64,000 nt of DNA from contig MGRG01000006.1 of the NCBI GenBank assembly GCA_001798075.1, positions 11,431 to 75,430 of the forward strand, written 5' to 3'. The notes beneath the pieces were generated by a model. That model did not search any database and was not told the DNA's origin. It saw only the letters and a program-made list of their open reading frames with translations. The translations under genes and the position numbers were made by a program. Origin of the DNA: Deltaproteobacteria bacterium RIFCSPHIGHO2_01_FULL_43_49. Its GTDB lineage: Bacteria; UBA10199; SPLOWO2-01-44-7. This document shows positions 27,831 to 37,413 of the stretch, piece by piece (the first letter of the stretch is position 1; the number at the start of each line of letters is the position of its first letter).

Positions 27831-28646
27831 ATGTACGAATCGTATTGGGAACTGACGGCCAAACCCTTCGAGAACACGCCCGATCCCCGCTTTTTTTATA
27901 CTTCGTCGCAACATGAAGAAGCCTTGCAACGCCTCGTCTATGGTGTGCGCGAAAACAAGGGGGCTGTCATGCTGACCGGCGTTTTTGGTTGTGGCAAGAC
28001 TCTCTTGTCTCAAGTTCTTCTCAGCGAACTCGATCGTGATGTTTATCGCGTTGCCATAATCACCAACCCGATGATGAGCGCTTTAGAGTTGCTTCGTTCC
28101 ATTGCCACCCGGTTAGGTGCGGTAGACCTTCCAAACCGCAAATCAGAAATTCTAAAAGATGTTTTGCTCGATTCCATTCAGGATATGCTGATGGGTAATT
28201 ATACCGATGGAAAACAGACCGTCATTTTGATCGATGAAATGCACGCCATTGAAGATAAAATGATCTTTGAGGATTTGCGGATGCTCATGAATTTTCAACT
28301 TCAAGATCGTTTTTTGTGCACCCTCATTTTTATGGGTCAGCCGGAGTTAAAAAAACAAATTGAGCTCAACAAACAGCTCAACCAGCGCATTGCCATTCGC
28401 TATCATGTCCAACCCTTTAACATAGAAGATACCATTGCCTATGTGTCTCACCGGGTCAAAATAGCGGGTGCTGCCAGACAACTTTTTGACAAGGCATCCC
28501 TGCCTGTTATTTTTCAAAAGTCGGGGGGGATTCCAAGGCGCATCAACCAAATTTGTGATATGTGTTTATTTGTCGGTTCTGCCCAAAACGCCAAAGTTGT
28601 CACCTCCGCCTTAGTAGAAGAGGCCTCCAAAAGTCTAGAAGGCTAA
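27831..28646 (+). CDS. ExeA/GspA-like AAA ATPase (tandem paralog)
   Basis: Same motifs; both copies start MYESYW and end KSLEG. Confidence 0.88.
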   Translation: MYESYWELTAKPFENTPDPRFFYTSSQHEEALQRLVYGVRENKGAVMLTGVFGCGKTLLSQVLLSELDRDVYRVAIITNPMMSALELLRSIATRLGAVDLPNRKSEILKDVLLDSIQDMLMGNYTDGKQTVILIDEMHAIEDKMIFEDLRMLMNFQLQDRFLCTLIFMGQPELKKQIELNKQLNQRIAIRYHVQPFNIEDTIAYVSHRVKIAGAARQLFDKASLPVIFQKSGGIPRRINQICDMCLFVGSAQNAKVVTSALVEEASKSLEG

Positions 28647-28648
28647 AA

Positions 28649-28731
28649 AAGGCGTCGGACGCCTTCTTACGGAAAACATCCAGAATGTGACGAAAATTGG
28701 ACAGGATACCCAAAAGGCGTCGGACGCCTTT
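28649..28731. repeat. Two REP palindromes AAGGCGTCGGACGCCTT upstream of RAYT
   Basis: Copies at 28649-28665 and 28713-28731. Confidence 0.85.
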
Positions 28732-28766
28732 CCGATAACCCACTGAAAAGTAAAGAAATTCTTTTG

Positions 28767-28782
28767 TGGCATTTGTTTTGCA
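28767..28782 (+). promoter_or_regulatory. Putative sigma54 -24/-12 promoter
   Basis: TGGCATTTGTTTTGCA with GG-N10-GC spacing, just upstream of ATG 28798. Confidence 0.5.
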
Positions 28783-28797
28783 TATTTAGGCGACAAC

Positions 28798-29409
28798 ATG
28801 CCTCGTCTACCGTTGATTCATATTCCATTGGGACTCTATTCCGTGGTCAGTAAATGTAATAACAATGAATTTCTTTTTGATGCTGATGAGAAGTTTGAAA
28901 TGTATCTTCAGCACTTAATCGAATGCAAAGAAGTTTTCGGGTTTACCCTATATGACATTGTTTGTTTATCCAACCACGTCCATGAACTCTATAGAGTTCC
29001 CAGAGAAGTAACTATCGCGCAAATCTTACAGCGAGTAAAAGGAATGTTTTCACAAAAATTCAATAAACGTTTTGGGCGAACTGGCCACTTTTGGAAAAAT
29101 AAACCATTTTACCGCATTGTGGAAAATGAGACTTATGCCTTTAACACAATGAACTATTACCACTGGAACTCAGTTAAAGCCGGCCTTGTTAAAAGGCCAG
29201 AAGAATGGCCCTATTCTGGTTATCGATTTCACATATTGGGCGAGAGGAAAGGCTTAGTGGGCAAGCTATTAGATCCCCTTCCTTACGACATTCCTTCTGA
29301 GCAGAATTCGGAGATGCAACGGGAGGTGCATCGAATCCTTAAAACTAAGGCTGTCCGTTACATAGGCAGTAAGGAATTTCGAAAAGCGATGCGACAAAAG
29401 AAGGGATAA
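28798..29409 (+). mobile_element. REP-associated tyrosine transposase (RAYT, Y1/IS200-like HUH)
   Basis: MPR N-terminus, HUH motif NHVH, RTGHFW, YYHWNSVKAGLV..PEEWPYS; flanked by inverted REP copies. Confidence 0.85.
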
Positions 29410-29427
29410 AAGGTATCCAAAACCCCT

Positions 29428-29448
29428 AAAAGGCGTCCGACGCCTTTT
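29428..29448. repeat. REP palindrome AAAAGGCGTCCGACGCCTTTT (opposite orientation to the upstream copies)
   Basis: Central GTCCGAC versus GTCGGAC upstream. Confidence 0.85.
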
Positions 29449-29547
29449 CAAGAAAGTGTAATAAAAACAGGTACTTATGATTTTATATGCCCCTTGGTAG
29501 CACTGCGGGTGTATAATTTAGGTGAGTAAGTTTAGGAGGGTTTTTAA

Positions 29548-29949
29548 ATGCCTACTTTTGTGAACAAACATATCTTGATCGTCGATGATGACGAGAACGT
29601 TCTCAAGACCTTAGCCCGATATTTAAAGAAAAAGGGCTATCGGATTTCCACAGCCAGTGGCGGCAGGGAAGCCCTAGAAAAGATTGCCAAAGAGCCCCCG
29701 CACCTAGTCCTTCTCGATGCCTTGATGCCAGAAATGGATGGGATTGAAACGCTAGAGCAAATCCGTCTGAAATTTCCAGATATCGATGTCGTGATGATTT
29801 CGGCCTTGAAAGAAGAGGTAGTGGCTCAAGAAGCGATCAAAATGGGGGCTTATGAATGGCTCCCCAAGCCTTTTTCAATGGAGCATTTGGAGACAACGAT
29901 CTTTGTGGGACTTTTGCGTAAAGTAGGTAACGAACCCTCCTATCCTTGA
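29548..29949 (+). CDS. Single-domain response regulator
   Basis: ILIVDDD, LLDALMPEMDG and PKPF receiver motifs. Confidence 0.92.
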   Translation: MPTFVNKHILIVDDDENVLKTLARYLKKKGYRISTASGGREALEKIAKEPPHLVLLDALMPEMDGIETLEQIRLKFPDIDVVMISALKEEVVAQEAIKMGAYEWLPKPFSMEHLETTIFVGLLRKVGNEPSYP

Positions 29950-31253
29950 GCTGGTAGAATGACCGTAAAAGTCGATCCCTTCTGAGGCTCACTTTGGACT
30001 TCAATTCTCCCGAGGTGTTCTTTAATAATGCGCTGGTTAATTGAGAGTCCTAAGCCGGTTCCCTTCATTTTCCCCTCAGCCTCTTTATAGGATGTTGTGA
30101 AGAAAGGCTCAAAAATTCTGGGCAGTGTTTCTTTAGAGATTCCACAACCCGTATCTTGAAAAGAAACCAAGATTTTTCCATTTTCAACCTTGGCGCTAAT
30201 TCTCAAGTTTTTCCTTTCCGATTCTGACATGGCGCGAACCGCATTGGTAATGAAGTTGACAAAGACTTGCATGAGTTCTCGGGTATTACCAATAACTGTT
30301 GGAATTTTTGAAGGGAGGATTTTTTCCACATGGATATGTTCTTTATCCAACTGATTGTGTGTGAGCTGTAGGGCTTCTTGAATGGCTTCCTCTACATGGA
30401 CTTCTTCTTTAAGAGAGGTCGAACGTCTTGCAAACTTGAGCAATCCTTGGACAATTTCTTGGGAGCGTCTTGTGGCAACTTTCATTTCCTGGATGACTTC
30501 AGGCAATTCCTCCTTAATGCCCTTGCCCTCCTTAAGGATTAGCTCGGCTGTCTCCAAATTTCCAGAAATGGCTTGCAAAGGATTATTGATTTCGTGGGCA
30601 ACTCCACTGGCCAATTGCCCCACCGTTGCCAGTTTGGCTGCCTGGATAAGTTCCGCTTGAGTTTCTAAAAGTTCTTTGCGTGGCGCCAGAGTCTTAGAAA
30701 CAAGGATTGCCAAAAAGGTGCCTACCAAGAGGGCAATCAGTGTAATCCAGATACTGGATTGTGTTGTATGCCGAGCGATTAGGTAAGGATTTTTCAAAGA
30801 AAAACCAATTTGCAAAAAGCCGATGGGGGTCTTATCAATTGTAGAAACAGGCCCGCCTACTTTAAAAGTTTCTCCCTCTACTTGAGATTGCCAATTGCTT
30901 TTTCCCAACATTTGCTGGCTAAAGGGATCTTTTAATTTTTGATCCCGAAGAGGATTTTCATCTGTTCCATCAGTTAATAACACGCCATTAATATCGAAGA
31001 CGTAGGTATAAAGGATGTCACGGTTAACTTGGAAAGCTTCCAACTGGTTTTCTAAAGCATGGACATCGAGAAAATAAAGATTGTTGTAAATATTTTCCGA
31101 AATTAATTCTGTAAGCTGGAAAGAACCTTTTTTAAATGTTTCTAGAATTTGCCTCTTTCCTTGATAGATGGAGTATATGGTAATGCCGCCCCCCACGAAA
31201 AGGATCACAAGAAATGTATAGAGAATCAGTTTGAAACCGATATTAATCTTCAT
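29940..31253 (-). CDS. Membrane sensor histidine kinase (NtrB-like)
   Basis: 2 TM segments, VAHEINNPL H-box, QVFVNFITNA, DTGCGI, FEPFFTT, GTGLGL. Confidence 0.92.
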   Translation of the reverse strand: MKINIGFKLILYTFLVILFVGGGITIYSIYQGKRQILETFKKGSFQLTELISENIYNNLYFLDVHALENQLEAFQVNRDILYTYVFDINGVLLTDGTDENPLRDQKLKDPFSQQMLGKSNWQSQVEGETFKVGGPVSTIDKTPIGFLQIGFSLKNPYLIARHTTQSSIWITLIALLVGTFLAILVSKTLAPRKELLETQAELIQAAKLATVGQLASGVAHEINNPLQAISGNLETAELILKEGKGIKEELPEVIQEMKVATRRSQEIVQGLLKFARRSTSLKEEVHVEEAIQEALQLTHNQLDKEHIHVEKILPSKIPTVIGNTRELMQVFVNFITNAVRAMSESERKNLRISAKVENGKILVSFQDTGCGISKETLPRIFEPFFTTSYKEAEGKMKGTGLGLSINQRIIKEHLGRIEVQSEPQKGSTFTVILPAQG

Positions 31254-32137
31254 TCTTTTATGCCAAATGTCGCTTTGATAAATTCTTTGGATTCAGTCAG
31301 AGGGGTTAACGAGTTGGGAGGAATTTCATCAAACTTCGTCGTCATTTCAAAAGCCCGCAGGAATTTTTTCCCTTCTTCAGATTGGTCCGCTTTGACTAGT
31401 GCCTCTTTGATTTTTGTCGCAAAATTTGGGGGGAGATCGGCTCGGGTGCTAACCACCTGGCGTGGAATGGAAAATGTTTTCTGAATGATTTTTAGCTCCC
31501 CCAGTTTTTCTTTGGCCATATTCACATAATTTTGGTTATCTATCGCTCCAGCAACGATTTTTTTTCTCAAAACCCAAACCATCGTGTTTTCATCATCACC
31601 CGTAAAAATATAGCCCACTTCATTGGGTTTTACGGGCTCCAACTCACTTTTTTTGGGTACTAATTTGAGTCCACCTTTCACCAAAATTATTTTGGGAAGG
31701 TAGTATCCGGAGGTAGAAAAGGCTTCTTCAAAACCAATGGTTTTGCCCATGATATCTTTTAAGTTTTGGATCCCACTGTCTTGCCTCACGAAAAGAACGG
31801 AATGATATTCCGCCAGCCCTTTTTTCCACCTTCTTAAGAGAAGTTTGCTTCCAGAAAGATAGCTGACCGCAAGACTGGGAAAAGAGCTGTCTACATAAAC
31901 ATCCACTTTCCCTTCTTTCAGAAAAGCAGCCATTTGGTGAATGTCCTTTACCACCACTACTTTCCCTTCATTCACCCCTTCTGATTGGAGCTGTGTTGCA
32001 AGATAGGTGGCAAGGGGTAGAAATTTTTTGATTTCATCTGCTGGTTCCGTATTGATAGAACCGATATTGAGTGTGCCGGCCAACGTGGTGCTAGATAGAT
32101 TCAAGATCAAGCCTATGATCAATATTTTTTTCATCAT
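31250..32137 (-). CDS. Phosphate/phosphonate-binding periplasmic protein (PhnD-like)
   Basis: Signal peptide; YHSVLFVRQDSGI, STSGYYLP. Confidence 0.82.
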   Translation of the reverse strand: MMKKILIIGLILNLSSTTLAGTLNIGSINTEPADEIKKFLPLATYLATQLQSEGVNEGKVVVVKDIHQMAAFLKEGKVDVYVDSSFPSLAVSYLSGSKLLLRRWKKGLAEYHSVLFVRQDSGIQNLKDIMGKTIGFEEAFSTSGYYLPKIILVKGGLKLVPKKSELEPVKPNEVGYIFTGDDENTMVWVLRKKIVAGAIDNQNYVNMAKEKLGELKIIQKTFSIPRQVVSTRADLPPNFATKIKEALVKADQSEEGKKFLRAFEMTTKFDEIPPNSLTPLTESKEFIKATFGIKE

Positions 32138-32179
32138 AAGACCTCCCTGTGCTCATCCGCCACTACTACGTTGGCGGAC

Positions 32180-33322
32180 TCAGAAATAAACTTGCGCCTG
32201 TGTGCGAACGATATGGCGCCTTTCGTCGTTGGCACCGGCGATGGCGTCTTGGTCAAGCTTAAATGTATAATCAAGTTGAAGTTTTGCATGATGTCCTTTG
32301 AAGAAATAGGTAAAAGCGGATGCATATTCCTGTTCATCATTGTCAACGCCCCGTCTGAAGACCTGAGAACCTCGCAGGGCCCATTCCAAATGTTTGGGGA
32401 TGAGCATATACCCGGCCTGAGCGTAATAACCCTGGGCGTCCTGGTCATTGGCAGCAGTTGAGCGGTCATTTCGATTAAACCTTCTAAAATATTCACCCCT
32501 TAGGGAAAAACCTTTATATTTCAGACCTCCAAAACCGCCAAAGACAAAAAAGTTATCCCTTGCCGTTCGATCCCTGTTATAAAAAAACTCTCCCCCAAAG
32601 GTAAGGTTTGGGTCTTCGCTTCCATTTAAATCCGATTCTTCTAATTTATATTCGCCAAGCGGATTGATGGCAAAACGAGCGGTATAGAGAAACTCCTGGT
32701 TTTGGTTTAACCGGTTTCTCCCGTCCCCATTAAAAAGACCCGCGTAGTATTCAAAGCGCCCTTCCCAAGGTGTTCCCCAGAATTCAAGTCCAATATCTCT
32801 GCCAGGAACAAATTCTTCACTAGCCAGGGAGCGCTCAACAAATTGAAGCTTTTTGGAAGAGGTTAATTCTTGAATCCCAAATGGGACTTTATATTGTCCG
32901 GCTCTAATATGTAGGGGTTCTAAGGCATGGTAATCCAGATAGAAATCTTTTAAATCAAATTCTTCCCCTCCAGCGTCGGGTGTTCCGAAGTCCATATCAA
33001 CTTCGTATTCCAAATCCTTGGTGATGGCATTTCCCTCAAATTTGACTCTGCCCCGGCGCAAGAAAATATCGTTTGTGTCCTGTGCATTTTCAATTTCTTG
33101 AAAGCGGTGTTGGACCTGTAGGGTAAAGCTAGGGGTTAATTTGTAGTTGCCGTCAGCCGATTTGATAAAAAATCCATCTTCATCATGGCCTGCCAAAAAG
33201 CCCTTTTCTTCTTTTTTTTCTTTTTCCAGCGCCTCGACCCGTTTTTTGAGGTCTTGCAGTTCGGAAGCGGAGACCTGCTGGGCAATCAAAAAAATCCCTA
33301 GCAAGAAGATCTGTTTTTTCAT
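32180..33322 (-). CDS. OprO/OprP-like phosphate-selective porin
   Basis: Signal peptide, short coiled coil, GFFIKSADG, LRRGR, GQYKVPFG, GRDIG, C-terminal Phe. Confidence 0.8.
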   Translation of the reverse strand: MKKQIFLLGIFLIAQQVSASELQDLKKRVEALEKEKKEEKGFLAGHDEDGFFIKSADGNYKLTPSFTLQVQHRFQEIENAQDTNDIFLRRGRVKFEGNAITKDLEYEVDMDFGTPDAGGEEFDLKDFYLDYHALEPLHIRAGQYKVPFGIQELTSSKKLQFVERSLASEEFVPGRDIGLEFWGTPWEGRFEYYAGLFNGDGRNRLNQNQEFLYTARFAINPLGEYKLEESDLNGSEDPNLTFGGEFFYNRDRTARDNFFVFGGFGGLKYKGFSLRGEYFRRFNRNDRSTAANDQDAQGYYAQAGYMLIPKHLEWALRGSQVFRRGVDNDEQEYASAFTYFFKGHHAKLQLDYTFKLDQDAIAGANDERRHIVRTQAQVYF

Positions 33323-33334
33323 GACCCCCCCTTC

Positions 33335-33355
33335 AAAAGGCGTCCGACGCCTTTT
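33335..33355. repeat. REP palindrome AAAAGGCGTCCGACGCCTTTT (fourth copy)
   Basis: Identical to 29428-29448; just upstream of the porin start. Confidence 0.85.
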
Positions 33356-33408
33356 TGAATTTCTCTCATATTTTTAAGGGTTTGGCAATCTTTTACCCTT
33401 CGGCAGGC

Positions 33409-35028
33409 TCAGGGCAGGCAGAATTGGTTGATAAAACTGGCTGGTGTCAATTCTTGGCCGGTGACGTGGGGAACGAGTTTGGACCAGGGCCATTGGCAAC
33501 CCATTTTGAAAAGTTTTTCTTTGAGAAGGGCTCCAACTTTTGGGTTGTCCAAAAAGGAAATTTTTTGGATCGGTTTTTTCAAAGCCTCTTTCTCAAGCGT
33601 TTCGGCAATTTGCGCCGCCATCAATTCACCTAAGAGATAGTTTTGATAATAAACTGGTGAAGAGGCGATATGAATTTTTGCCGCCCAGTCCGGAAAATTT
33701 CTTCCAACCGGTTTATCCAAAAGCTGGAATTCTTTGACGAGCTTCCACCATAGGCTGTTTAAATCCTGGTCCGGATTGGTGTATAAGGCGCGTTCAAATG
33801 TGGTCACTACCATGACCCATCTGGCGATGATCAGTTTGTCCAGCGACATCGCTTCACACAGGGAGGGTTCCAATTGTTTTAATTCCGTTGAGGGGATCTG
33901 GAGCATTGTCTGCAACCAGTGAGGGTGATGCATCATTCTCTCCATCAGCATAGCAATGGCCTCTGTTGCAAAGATATGAGCCTCGTCTCTTAAAAAATAG
34001 GGAAGTTTGGGATCAATATTTTTGGAATAGGCCGCGTGTCCCAACTCATGCAACATGGTGGAGGCCCAATAGCTGTTGGGTCGAATATTGGCCAAGACCC
34101 GCACCTCTCTTTTTGCTTTGTCCATCGTGATACAAAAGGCGTGCTGGCTCTTCCCTTTTTTTTCAAACAAATCGCTTCGCTCCAAGACATCGGAAATATC
34201 AAGACCAATTCCTTGATAAAACTCACTGGAGATTTTTAAAATATCTTTGTCTTTGATATAAGGATCGAGATCGACCCCTACTTTGGAGGGGGCTTGTTGA
34301 GCAAAGGGGTCGTCATAGTGCCACGGTTTGATTTTATCAGGTGTCGTTCCATAATATTTTGCCAATGCCTGATGCAGTTTTTCAATTTTTTGTTGAAATG
34401 GTTTTTGTGTTGCCCCCTTCAATTTTGCAAAAAGATCAAATAGCCAGACGCTGTCTAACTCTTGAAGTTTCAAGGCCATGACAAAGTGGTTGGGGAAACC
34501 CAGTTTTTGGGCTGCCTGGTTTCTTTTTTTGGCCAATTCCCGGATTTTTTCGGAAACCTCGAGGGCAATTTGTTTGGTCGACTCCCAGGCAAGTTTTCGC
34601 CTATTTTCATTTTTTTCCGTTTTTAAAATTTCTTTGAGATCATTGTTCGTTAGTTTTTTTCCATCGAGTTCCGCTCTGAAATTGTTAAAAATGTTTTCAA
34701 TTTCCGTTTGGCGTTCCACCAAATCAGCAATTGTTTTTTCATCAAGTTGATTAGCGGTATAAGATTTGGTCAACAGATCTATTTGTCGGGCAAGCAATGG
34801 GTTGTTGATGCCCTCTTGACCCCATTTTTTGAGTTGCTGGTATTCATCCGGGTTGGAAAAAATTAGTTTAAGCTTTTTTTCTGTTTCAGCCAGCTCTTGT
34901 GCGATTTTAGCATCACCCGTGGTGGCCAATTGCCAGTAGAGCTGGCATAGTTTTTTTTCCAACGGGGCACACTTCGCCTCCATTTGCTCTACGAAAGTTT
35001 CTGGACCCATTTTTTGCTTGGCTTTCAT
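33409..35028 (-). CDS. M3/M2-type gluzincin oligopeptidase
   Basis: HELGH, downstream TEAIAM, HIASSPVYYQNY. Confidence 0.85.
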   Translation of the reverse strand: MKAKQKMGPETFVEQMEAKCAPLEKKLCQLYWQLATTGDAKIAQELAETEKKLKLIFSNPDEYQQLKKWGQEGINNPLLARQIDLLTKSYTANQLDEKTIADLVERQTEIENIFNNFRAELDGKKLTNNDLKEILKTEKNENRRKLAWESTKQIALEVSEKIRELAKKRNQAAQKLGFPNHFVMALKLQELDSVWLFDLFAKLKGATQKPFQQKIEKLHQALAKYYGTTPDKIKPWHYDDPFAQQAPSKVGVDLDPYIKDKDILKISSEFYQGIGLDISDVLERSDLFEKKGKSQHAFCITMDKAKREVRVLANIRPNSYWASTMLHELGHAAYSKNIDPKLPYFLRDEAHIFATEAIAMLMERMMHHPHWLQTMLQIPSTELKQLEPSLCEAMSLDKLIIARWVMVVTTFERALYTNPDQDLNSLWWKLVKEFQLLDKPVGRNFPDWAAKIHIASSPVYYQNYLLGELMAAQIAETLEKEALKKPIQKISFLDNPKVGALLKEKLFKMGCQWPWSKLVPHVTGQELTPASFINQFCLP

Positions 35029-35076
35029 GAAGCTCCCCTATATTGAGGAAAAACACTTACGCTGCAAGGACAAATA

Positions 35077-35150
35077 GGGCACTTAGCTCAGCTGGTTAGA
35101 GCGCTACGTTCACATCGTAGAGGTCGTAGGTTCGACTCCTACAGTGCCCA
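35077..35150 (+). tRNA. tRNA-Val(CAC)
   Basis: GGGCACT/AGTGCCC acceptor stem, anticodon arm CTACG-TTCACAT-CGTAG, GGTTCGACT; CCA not encoded. Confidence 0.95.
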
Positions 35151-35158
35151 CACACTTT

Positions 35159-35497
35159 GTGACACAATCATTTCAAAAAGAATATCTCGACGGTATCCAG
35201 CGCTTTAACGAAGGGCATTACTTTGAAGCCCATGAGATTTGGGAAAAGCTCTGGCTTGAGGCTCAAGATATGGAGAGGGTTTTTTATCAAGGGCTCATTC
35301 AGATGGCTGCTGCTCTTCTTAAACTTCAGGAGGGAAAGCGGCCTGAGGCTTGTAGAAGACTTTTTCAGCTAGCTTTGGAAAAATTGGGCACAGTCCCCAA
35401 TTCTTACCTAGGGCTTGATGTCCGAAAATTGGAAAAAGATTTAAAGGAATATTTTAATAGCGGGCAGGTAGTCCCTAAAATAACTCTAATTCCTTAA
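35159..35497 (+). CDS. DUF309 family protein
   Basis: FNEGHYFEAHEIWE..FYQGLIQ; the ORF-track start lies inside the tRNA, so GTG 35159 is used. Confidence 0.85.
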   Translation: MTQSFQKEYLDGIQRFNEGHYFEAHEIWEKLWLEAQDMERVFYQGLIQMAAALLKLQEGKRPEACRRLFQLALEKLGTVPNSYLGLDVRKLEKDLKEYFNSGQVVPKITLIP

Positions 35498-35539
35498 TTT
35501 TGATTTTTTAATAGGGCGCCTATAGCTTCCGCCATTCCC

Positions 35540-36256
35540 CTAGACATTGTTTACAAAAGCAGCGCCCATTTTATTTTCTAGGGTCTTTAGAATTCCATCG
35601 ATGAGCCGTGAAACAATCCCTTTGCCTTCCTGTCTAAACCTTAAGCTTAGCTCATGAAGCTTACCTACTTGTTGGCGTGTAAAAAGATGGGCATGTAAGT
35701 TGGCAAGATCAATTGCATGTTGGATTGCACTCAGTTGACCTTCTGCAACTTTTTCAATTGCCCGGTCAATACGCTGCCACAATATTTGTCTATTTGTCAT
35801 TGTGGCGTCTGGTTCACTGGCGGCTACTGCCTCCATTAACTCTAATGGGTTACCCATCATAGTTCGTGCAGAAGAACCCATGAGCGCTGCCATTCTCTCT
35901 AAAGCTTCTCTTCTTGCTGTTTTTGTATCCGCGAAGCGTGGCAGAGTTAATTTTAGCTTTCTTTTAACGGCTTCAATTGCTGGATCTCTTAACACGGGAT
36001 TCAAACTGTTCAGTTCTCTGGCCAGATTTTTTAGTGTTTCATCCCTAGGTGGGCTTTCATCTGTATAGCGGTCGAGTATTCTGTGAAGGGATTCGCCCTC
36101 TCCATTGTGCAGTTCATTAGCAATGGCTTCTACCAGGGATCCTGCTTCTTCAAAAAAACCCGTTTCATCTTCTGGTGGAAACCCCATGTTTGCAGGGCTT
36201 AGCAAGCCTTGGGTAGCCAAAAATTCATGTATGGTGAATCCGAAAGTGCCAATCAC
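35540..36256 (-). CDS. Hypothetical helical protein
   Basis: 238-aa ORF with strong GAGGAGG RBS; no recognised motif. Confidence 0.7.
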   Translation of the reverse strand: MIGTFGFTIHEFLATQGLLSPANMGFPPEDETGFFEEAGSLVEAIANELHNGEGESLHRILDRYTDESPPRDETLKNLARELNSLNPVLRDPAIEAVKRKLKLTLPRFADTKTARREALERMAALMGSSARTMMGNPLELMEAVAASEPDATMTNRQILWQRIDRAIEKVAEGQLSAIQHAIDLANLHAHLFTRQQVGKLHELSLRFRQEGKGIVSRLIDGILKTLENKMGAAFVNNV

Positions 36257-36295
36257 ACGATCCTCCTCAAAATTGTCGCTCGTATCTCTTGTTTA

Positions 36296-37384
36296 TTATC
36301 CGATGTCAAGGATTTTTAGACCAACACCGATAACCCCGCCGGTCAAAATCAAAATCGGTTCCGGAATTTTTGTCTTCGTTACGCCGAGTAAAACAGCAGC
36401 AGCCAGCAATGCTGTTTTCCAATCAATAATAGCCCCTTTTCCAAGAATGTAGACCGATCCGGCAATAGCACCCGCCGCAGCGGCTGTGACACCATCAACA
36501 AAGGCCTTGACCTGGGGCTTTTTCACGATTTTGTGAAACCAAGGAGCAAAAATAACGACAAAAAGATAAACGGGGGTGAAAACACCGGCTACAGAGGCCA
36601 AAGCCCCCTTCAAACCCTCCACCAGATAGCCGATAAAGCCGACCGTTATCAAAACAGGCCCCGGCGTAATCATTCCCACACTAACCGCATCCAGAAATTG
36701 CTGGTTGGTAAGCCAATGAAACCGCTCCACCACATCACCATAAATAAAAGGGATAATGGCCATTCCGCTTCCGTAAACAACGATGGCGGCTTTAAAGAAA
36801 AAGAAAAAAAGATCGAGGGGAATAACGGAGAACAGTTTGAAATCTTTTGGGAAGGCATAGAAAATAACAGCGAGCACTCCACCCATCAAAAATAGAAGTA
36901 AGCTGGCCTTGCTCGTCAGCGCTGTTGTGATCATCAGCGTGATAAAAATAAGCCAAAGACCAATCCTTTTTTCTAAAGTTATTTTGGCCAGCTTGTAGGC
37001 GGCTTTGATGATTACCCCAATTACGGCCGCACTCATGCCGTAAAAGACTCCATGAATCCACGGCAACCCTTGATAGTGAACGTAGAGATAGGAGAGACCA
37101 AGGACGATAAAAAAAGAGGGAAGGACAAATGCAATGCCGATTAGGGTCGCTCCCCATATTTTACTTTTAAGATAGCCAAAGTAAATGGCTAGCTGAGCTG
37201 CCACAGGTCCCGGAACGATTTGGGCGAGTGCCAGGCCATGCAGATAATCGTCTTTGGAAAACCACTTTTTTTGTTCGACTAAATCTTTTTGCATGTAGCC
37301 AACCAATGCAATGGGACCTCCAAAACCTATTGTTCCCAGTTTAAGGAAATAAAGGATCAGCTCTTTTAAAGTGAATGGTTGCAT
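36296..37384 (-). CDS. chrA: Chromate efflux transporter
   Basis: GFGGP, AQIVPGP and GMITPGP in duplicated CHR domains. Confidence 0.9.
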   Translation of the reverse strand: MQPFTLKELILYFLKLGTIGFGGPIALVGYMQKDLVEQKKWFSKDDYLHGLALAQIVPGPVAAQLAIYFGYLKSKIWGATLIGIAFVLPSFFIVLGLSYLYVHYQGLPWIHGVFYGMSAAVIGVIIKAAYKLAKITLEKRIGLWLIFITLMITTALTSKASLLLFLMGGVLAVIFYAFPKDFKLFSVIPLDLFFFFFKAAIVVYGSGMAIIPFIYGDVVERFHWLTNQQFLDAVSVGMITPGPVLITVGFIGYLVEGLKGALASVAGVFTPVYLFVVIFAPWFHKIVKKPQVKAFVDGVTAAAAGAIAGSVYILGKGAIIDWKTALLAAAVLLGVTKTKIPEPILILTGGVIGVGLKILDIG

Positions 37385-37413
37385 CGGCTTAAAGCAAAAG
37401 TTAAAACGAAACG

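Noticed and set aside
28649-33355. Repeated GGCGTC(G/C)GACGCC units as a CRISPR array
   Set aside because: Irregular spacing, mixed orientation, no cas genes; they flank a Y1 transposase like REPs.
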